Source: Nitrosopumilus sp.
GTDB taxonomy: Archaea > Thermoproteota > Nitrososphaeria > Nitrososphaerales > Nitrosopumilaceae
Assembly: GCA_965223425.1 (NCBI GenBank)
Contig: OZ245003.1
Coordinates: 640,001 to 704,000, forward strand
DNA: 64,000 nucleotides
Direction of reading: 5' to 3'
The notes under the pieces were generated by a model. The model was not told the DNA's origin and did not search any database. It saw only the letters and a program-made list of their open reading frames with translations. This document shows positions 59,135 through 64,000 of this stretch, in pieces. The first letter of the stretch is position 1. Every line of letters starts with the position of its first letter. The position numbers and the translations under genes were made by a program.

Positions 59135-61045
59135 GTGAGTGTGGTTGATTTTACTTGGTTGATAGGAGGCCCACAAGGAAGTGGTGTTGAATCTGGTGCA
59201 AATATTTTCTCCAAAGTCTGTGCAACAATGGGATATCAGATATTTGGCAAACGAGAGTTTTACTCTAACATCAAAGGAGAACATAGTTATTTTACAGTCA
59301 GAGTCTCAAACGAGAATATTCATTCTAACGTAAATGATGTAACATTAATGGCATCATTTGACGCAGAAACCATTTTTCGTCATTTTGATGAAGTTTCTTC
59401 CAATGGTGGAATAATTTATGATTCTGAATTAGAAAATATTGATACTGATAAAGTTCGCACTCTTGATTCTCCATTCAAGGAACGATTACATAAATTTCTT
59501 GAGTCAAAAAACAAGCCATTTACAATTGCTGGCGTTCTTGAGGTTGCTAAAGAGAAAGGTGTTAATCTTTACCCTGTATCGTTTAAGACCATTTTAGAAG
59601 ACATGGCTAAAGAGACTGACAACCCAAAATTACGTGGTCTAGTTAGAATGTACAACGTGATTGGAGTATCATTATCTCTGGGATTGATCAAAATGCCATC
59701 TGATTCTTTACTTGATGCAATAGATGCAATATTCTCAAAAAAACCCCAAATTGCAGAAATAAACAAGCAGGTTGCAAACTATTCTTATGATTATGCTTCA
59801 ACTAGGTTTGAAAATTTTGGACATAGTTTAACTGGAACAACAAAACAACCTGAAACAATCCTTGTTCAGGGTCATTATGGAACCTCAATTGGAAAAATGG
59901 TTTGTGGATGTAGATTTCAGTCATATTATCCAATCACTCCAGCTTCAGATGAAAGTGTCCACCTAGAATCAAATGAAATTTTACAAGTTCAAAATAATAG
60001 ACCTGGTTCTACTGCAGTAATTCAAACCGAAGACGAGATTTCTGCAATGGGAATGATGATTGGTGCTGCATTAACTGGCACGCGTTCTTCAACATCTACT
60101 TCTGGTCCGGGATTTGCATTGATGACTGAGGCATTGGGATGGGCCGGAATTAATGAAGTTCCTGTTGTGATTACCCTGTACCAGAGAAGCGGACCTTCAA
60201 CGGGTCTTCCAACTAGACATGGACAAGATGACTTGCTTTTTACAGTATTTGCAGGGCATGGAGATTTTCCAAAAATTGTTTATGCATCTGGTGATATTGA
60301 AGAGAGTTTCTATGATACTGGCAGATGTTTTAATTATTCTGACACATACCAACTTCCAGTAATCCACATGATGGACAAGTTTCTATCCAGTTCAGTTGTT
60401 ACCTGTAAAAAATTTGATCCAAACAAGATTTCAATTGATAGGGGCAAACTACTAGACAAAGTTGAGGGTGAATACAAAAGATTTGCCTTTACCGATGATG
60501 GGATATCTCCCCGTTCTAGACTTGGGTTAGATAATGGTGTGTTTTGGAATACTGGTGATGAATCTGACGAATATGGACACATTACTGAAGATCCTCAAAT
60601 CCGAACAAAGATGATGGACAAAAGAATGTCTAGACTGGATTTAGTATTACAAAAAATTCCCACTGACGAACAAGTGGTATCTTTTGGAGTGCATGAATAT
60701 ACAATAATTTCATGGGGTTCTGCTAAAGGACCAATTATTGATGCGCAATCCATGCTACAAAAAGAAGGAATTGATGTTGGCTTTGTTCAAATAAAACTTC
60801 TCCATCCATTTCCAGGCGAACATGTGAAATCCCTTCTTAAAGATGCTAAAATATTGATTGACATAGAGGCAAATCATTCTGGACAATTAGGAAAACTCTT
60901 CAAACAAAACGTATCCCGAGAAATTGATTACCATGTCTTAAAATATACGGGTAGGGGAATGACTAGCACTGAAATTTATGATTCACTAAAGAAGATTGTT
61001 GAAAACAAGGCTTCAAAACGGGAGGTTCTAAGCCATGGCGCTTAA
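59135..61045 (+). CDS. korA: 2-oxoacid:ferredoxin oxidoreductase alpha subunit
   Basis: [33 protein letters not shown]. Confidence 0.95.
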   Translation: MSVVDFTWLIGGPQGSGVESGANIFSKVCATMGYQIFGKREFYSNIKGEHSYFTVRVSNENIHSNVNDVTLMASFDAETIFRHFDEVSSNGGIIYDSELENIDTDKVRTLDSPFKERLHKFLESKNKPFTIAGVLEVAKEKGVNLYPVSFKTILEDMAKETDNPKLRGLVRMYNVIGVSLSLGLIKMPSDSLLDAIDAIFSKKPQIAEINKQVANYSYDYASTRFENFGHSLTGTTKQPETILVQGHYGTSIGKMVCGCRFQSYYPITPASDESVHLESNEILQVQNNRPGSTAVIQTEDEISAMGMMIGAALTGTRSSTSTSGPGFALMTEALGWAGINEVPVVITLYQRSGPSTGLPTRHGQDDLLFTVFAGHGDFPKIVYASGDIEESFYDTGRCFNYSDTYQLPVIHMMDKFLSSSVVTCKKFDPNKISIDRGKLLDKVEGEYKRFAFTDDGISPRSRLGLDNGVFWNTGDESDEYGHITEDPQIRTKMMDKRMSRLDLVLQKIPTDEQVVSFGVHEYTIISWGSAKGPIIDAQSMLQKEGIDVGFVQIKLLHPFPGEHVKSLLKDAKILIDIEANHSGQLGKLFKQNVSREIDYHVLKYTGRGMTSTEIYDSLKKIVENKASKREVLSHGA

Positions 61046-61997
61046 ACTTGCTGACTATAAAACTGATGTTCATAATGATTGGTGTCCTGGCTGTGGTGAT
61101 TTTGGAATAGTAAACGCATTGCAGATGGCATTGGCAGAAATGGGAATAGAAAGAGACAAGGCCACAATCTTTTCAGGTATTGGGTGTTCGGGGAAAACTT
61201 CCCACTTTATCAATACATACGGAGTTCATACCCTTCATGGCAGAGTCCTCACTTTTGCACAGGGTGGAAAACTTGCAAATCCTGAGATGACTGTAGTTGC
61301 AGTTGGTGGCGATGGCGATGGTTTGGGAATCGGAGCAGGCCACTTTGTTGCAGCTGGCAGAAGAAATGTAGACATGACTTACATAATTTTTGACAATGGC
61401 GTTTATGGCTTGACAAAAGGACAAGCATCTCCCACTCTGAAACTTGGTGAAAAAACCAAATCACTTCCTTCACCAAATACAAATTATAATGTTAACCCAA
61501 TTGGTTTGGCCATAGCAAGTGGTTTTACATTTGTTGCTAGAGGATATTCTTATGATGTTCGGCATCTCAAGGATTTGATAGTTCAGGCAGTTAAACACAG
61601 GGGTTTATCATTTCTTGATGTTTTACAGCCATGTCCTACTTACAATGATATCAACACCAGAGATTGGTATGCTGGTGCGGATCTGGCTAAAGAGTCCATG
61701 GAAAGACACTCTCGAATTTACAAACTTGAAGATACGCATTATGAACCATGGGTACATTATGCTGAAGAGGCTGAAGTTAACGAAAAACTATCTCAAGCAT
61801 TGATTAAATCCCTGGAATGGGGAAACAAAATACCGACAGGCGTCTTTTATCAAAACGAACTTGTTTCGCCTTATACGATGAGAATTACTGATAAAATTCC
61901 AAATTATCTTGAAAATCCGCCAGCTAAGCAAAAAATTTCAGAAAATGGATTGCCCATTACAGATGTTTCTGAAATTCTTGATTCTTTAGAAGTTTAG
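61035..61997 (+). CDS. korB: 2-oxoacid:ferredoxin oxidoreductase beta subunit
   Basis: WCPGCG, SGIGCS, GDGD, YGLTKGQ.SPT. Confidence 0.95.
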   Translation: MALKLADYKTDVHNDWCPGCGDFGIVNALQMALAEMGIERDKATIFSGIGCSGKTSHFINTYGVHTLHGRVLTFAQGGKLANPEMTVVAVGGDGDGLGIGAGHFVAAGRRNVDMTYIIFDNGVYGLTKGQASPTLKLGEKTKSLPSPNTNYNVNPIGLAIASGFTFVARGYSYDVRHLKDLIVQAVKHRGLSFLDVLQPCPTYNDINTRDWYAGADLAKESMERHSRIYKLEDTHYEPWVHYAEEAEVNEKLSQALIKSLEWGNKIPTGVFYQNELVSPYTMRITDKIPNYLENPPAKQKISENGLPITDVSEILDSLEV

Positions 61998-62045
61998 AGA
62001 CATTTACCTAACAAGTTATAGACTAGTTTGTAGATAATTCTGCTG

Positions 62046-62480
62046 TTGAATATCTACGAGGCAAATAAAATATTCCGAAAATCCATCATCAAAGGATTCT
62101 TTGAACCCCAGCTGGTTAATCTTGATTTTAAAAAATCTTCCGTAAAGCACCCTTCCATAAACGATGATGGTTTGATGCAGTCAGACTTGCTTCATATTTT
62201 TTTTGATGTGGAAACTGGCTCTGATTATCCGGACGGTGATGAATGGTTTATCGTTGAGATGCTGTTTCCTCACGATGTAAAATTTCCTGATAGCTTGAAA
62301 GGTCCTGATTATTTTACTACTCTTTCAGTTGATGAAGGTAAAACATATTGGCATCATCGTGAATTGATTCGCTACAAACATGGAAAATCTAAAAAATTAG
62401 ATAATGCTTTGGACTTTTTAGAGTCAAAATACAAAGAACTTCATGGATTGTTAGAACCGCTACAAAAAGATCTCAAATAA
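62046..62480 (+). CDS. Hypothetical protein
   Basis: 144-aa ORF, host-like composition. Confidence 0.7.
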   Translation: MNIYEANKIFRKSIIKGFFEPQLVNLDFKKSSVKHPSINDDGLMQSDLLHIFFDVETGSDYPDGDEWFIVEMLFPHDVKFPDSLKGPDYFTTLSVDEGKTYWHHRELIRYKHGKSKKLDNALDFLESKYKELHGLLEPLQKDLK

Positions 62481-63006
62481 TCTCTTTCCAAGAATCACCC
62501 CTGAAAGAATATCTCTTGTTTCCAGAAGATGCCGTATTAAGACGCCACCTAATTGATTTTGAGTCAAACATGTATGTGATCTCTGAGACCTGCGATGGTA
62601 ATTTTTCAGGATCTAGATGATATGGCAACAACTCTAAAACAAAATCAATTTTTTCTACAGCGTTATCAAACCATTGCCTGTCCTCAATATCTACGGTAAA
62701 CACAATTTTTGGATTTCCAGCAAAATTAATCTTGATTTTTAGCGCATTACCGGCTCCTCTTCTTCGCTTCATCTCTTTGAAAATCGCTTTAACTTTTTCC
62801 CAACGTTTAAAGTCAAACCATTGAAAAAATGCGTCATTAAATGCCAGAGGAATATTTACGTCTAAGAAACTCACAAAATCCTTGTCGTTTGGTTCAATTT
62901 CATCTTGAATGACCGTAAAATGGGAGTTTAGAAATCCGTACAGAACTTCAATTTCCCAGGGTGAAATTCCATAATACCGCAATGTGGTCTCCAAACTTTC
63001 TGACAA
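62473..63006 (-). CDS. Hypothetical protein
   Basis: 177-aa ORF, host-like composition. Confidence 0.75.
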   Translation of the reverse strand: MSESLETTLRYYGISPWEIEVLYGFLNSHFTVIQDEIEPNDKDFVSFLDVNIPLAFNDAFFQWFDFKRWEKVKAIFKEMKRRRGAGNALKIKINFAGNPKIVFTVDIEDRQWFDNAVEKIDFVLELLPYHLDPEKLPSQVSEITYMFDSKSIRWRLNTASSGNKRYSFRGDSWKEII

Positions 63007-63087
63007 TACTCTAAAATCATAAAAATTGTAATTAAAGCTTCAAGCCTAGGTACTATTAGGTCAATTTCGTCTTAAAATTAAAATTAT

Positions 63088-63444
63088 ATGGTGCGAGTTA
63101 TTATTATCGATATGAAGAGAGAATTTGTTGTAAGAAGCATAGATGCGGCGCCTGACGGTGCACCATATGTCCTGGTTTCATTATCCTCTGTTAAAGACCT
63201 TAAGGAAGGAGGAACCCAAAACCCTCAACCGCCTTTTGGCAGTCCCAAAGTCATGGGATTTACAAACATGAACGACATGATGAAAGATCTAAACAAGATG
63301 CTATCTGGCATGGGAGGAGGAATGGGAATGCAAAATGGTGTTACACAACTGAAACTTGAAATGCATGAATACAAAGACATGGGTCTTGCAGTTGGTGATA
63401 AAGTATTTCTGGAGTTAAGCAAAGCCGAAACTCTGGGCGTTTAA
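63088..63444 (+). CDS. Hypothetical protein (start may be 63112)
   Basis: 118-aa ORF with Met/Gly-rich linker. Confidence 0.7.
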   Translation: MVRVIIIDMKREFVVRSIDAAPDGAPYVLVSLSSVKDLKEGGTQNPQPPFGSPKVMGFTNMNDMMKDLNKMLSGMGGGMGMQNGVTQLKLEMHEYKDMGLAVGDKVFLELSKAETLGV

Positions 63445-63445
63445 T

Positions 63446-64000
63446 CTACCAGATTGTGTTGAAATATTTCCAACCATAAAAAGCAGCAATGGTTCCAATT
63501 ACAAACAGCATTGGCTTCCATGCAAACACTGGAATGCTTGGAGTTGCAAGTTTTACTTTATAGTTATCTACAATGGCATGGACGTTTTTTTTAATTTTAT
63601 CGTGCCAGATGCTGTATTCTACCTGATATTTTTTTAGAATCTCTTCTACCTCATAAACAACAGGCGTTCTCTGTGAAAAGAGATGCTGAAGATAATCCCT
63701 TGAAACCTCCACTTCTGCATGAATTCCAATTAGCCCCCTTCTAAGATCAACCATTCTGACATGCATCTCCCACGGTTTTTTCAACTTCAAATTGAGACCG
63801 TTTCCAATCTGCTCTGGTTGCTTGTGTTCAAGTTTTACTTTGGTAAATCCTTCTTCAGTAAAAATTTTCATCAGTTCTTCAAAACTTTTCTTTACTACAA
63901 TGTGGAGTTGCTCCACTCCTTCTTTACCATCCACATCTATCCTGTGTTTTATCCCATCAAGGAATGAAACTGTTTTTGGATATGTGGTAAGATATTCCAT
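63446..64000 (-). CDS. Hypothetical protein with C-terminal TM helix
   Basis: 184-aa ORF at the window edge. Confidence 0.75.
   Translation of the reverse strand: MEYLTTYPKTVSFLDGIKHRIDVDGKEGVEQLHIVVKKSFEELMKIFTEEGFTKVKLEHKQPEQIGNGLNLKLKKPWEMHVRMVDLRRGLIGIHAEVEVSRDYLQHLFSQRTPVVYEVEEILKKYQVEYSIWHDKIKKNVHAIVDNYKVKLATPSIPVFAWKPMLFVIGTIAAFYGWKYFNTIW

Overview
Chromosomal window of an ammonia-oxidising archaeon (Nitrosopumilaceae-like, judged from the ribosomal proteins, leuS/alaS, secY, cbf5, korAB and their gene order). An AT-rich core of housekeeping genes is interrupted by three clusters of visibly GC-richer, mostly decaying insertion sequences (IS66, IS5, ISH3-like; about 1-1 kb, 7.9-16 kb and 48-55.6 kb). 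Main accessory features: (1) an intact TnpB bounded by IS6-type terminal inverted repeats, which it shares with a 101-bp MITE and an internally deleted SWIM-finger transposase remnant; (2) a DUF3800 gene followed directly by a predicted pseudoknotted RNA; (3) a 9.5-kb glycine-cleavage and lipoylation cluster ending in an LLM oxidoreductase and a Cys-His-Asn condensing enzyme; (4) a three-gene RelE cassette between 80-bp perfect direct repeats; (5) an AbiE-like pair with palindromic operators next to an intron-containing tRNA-Ser; (6) several perfect tandem repeats. No CRISPR array or rRNA gene was seen. All assignments come from reading motifs by eye; no searches were run.
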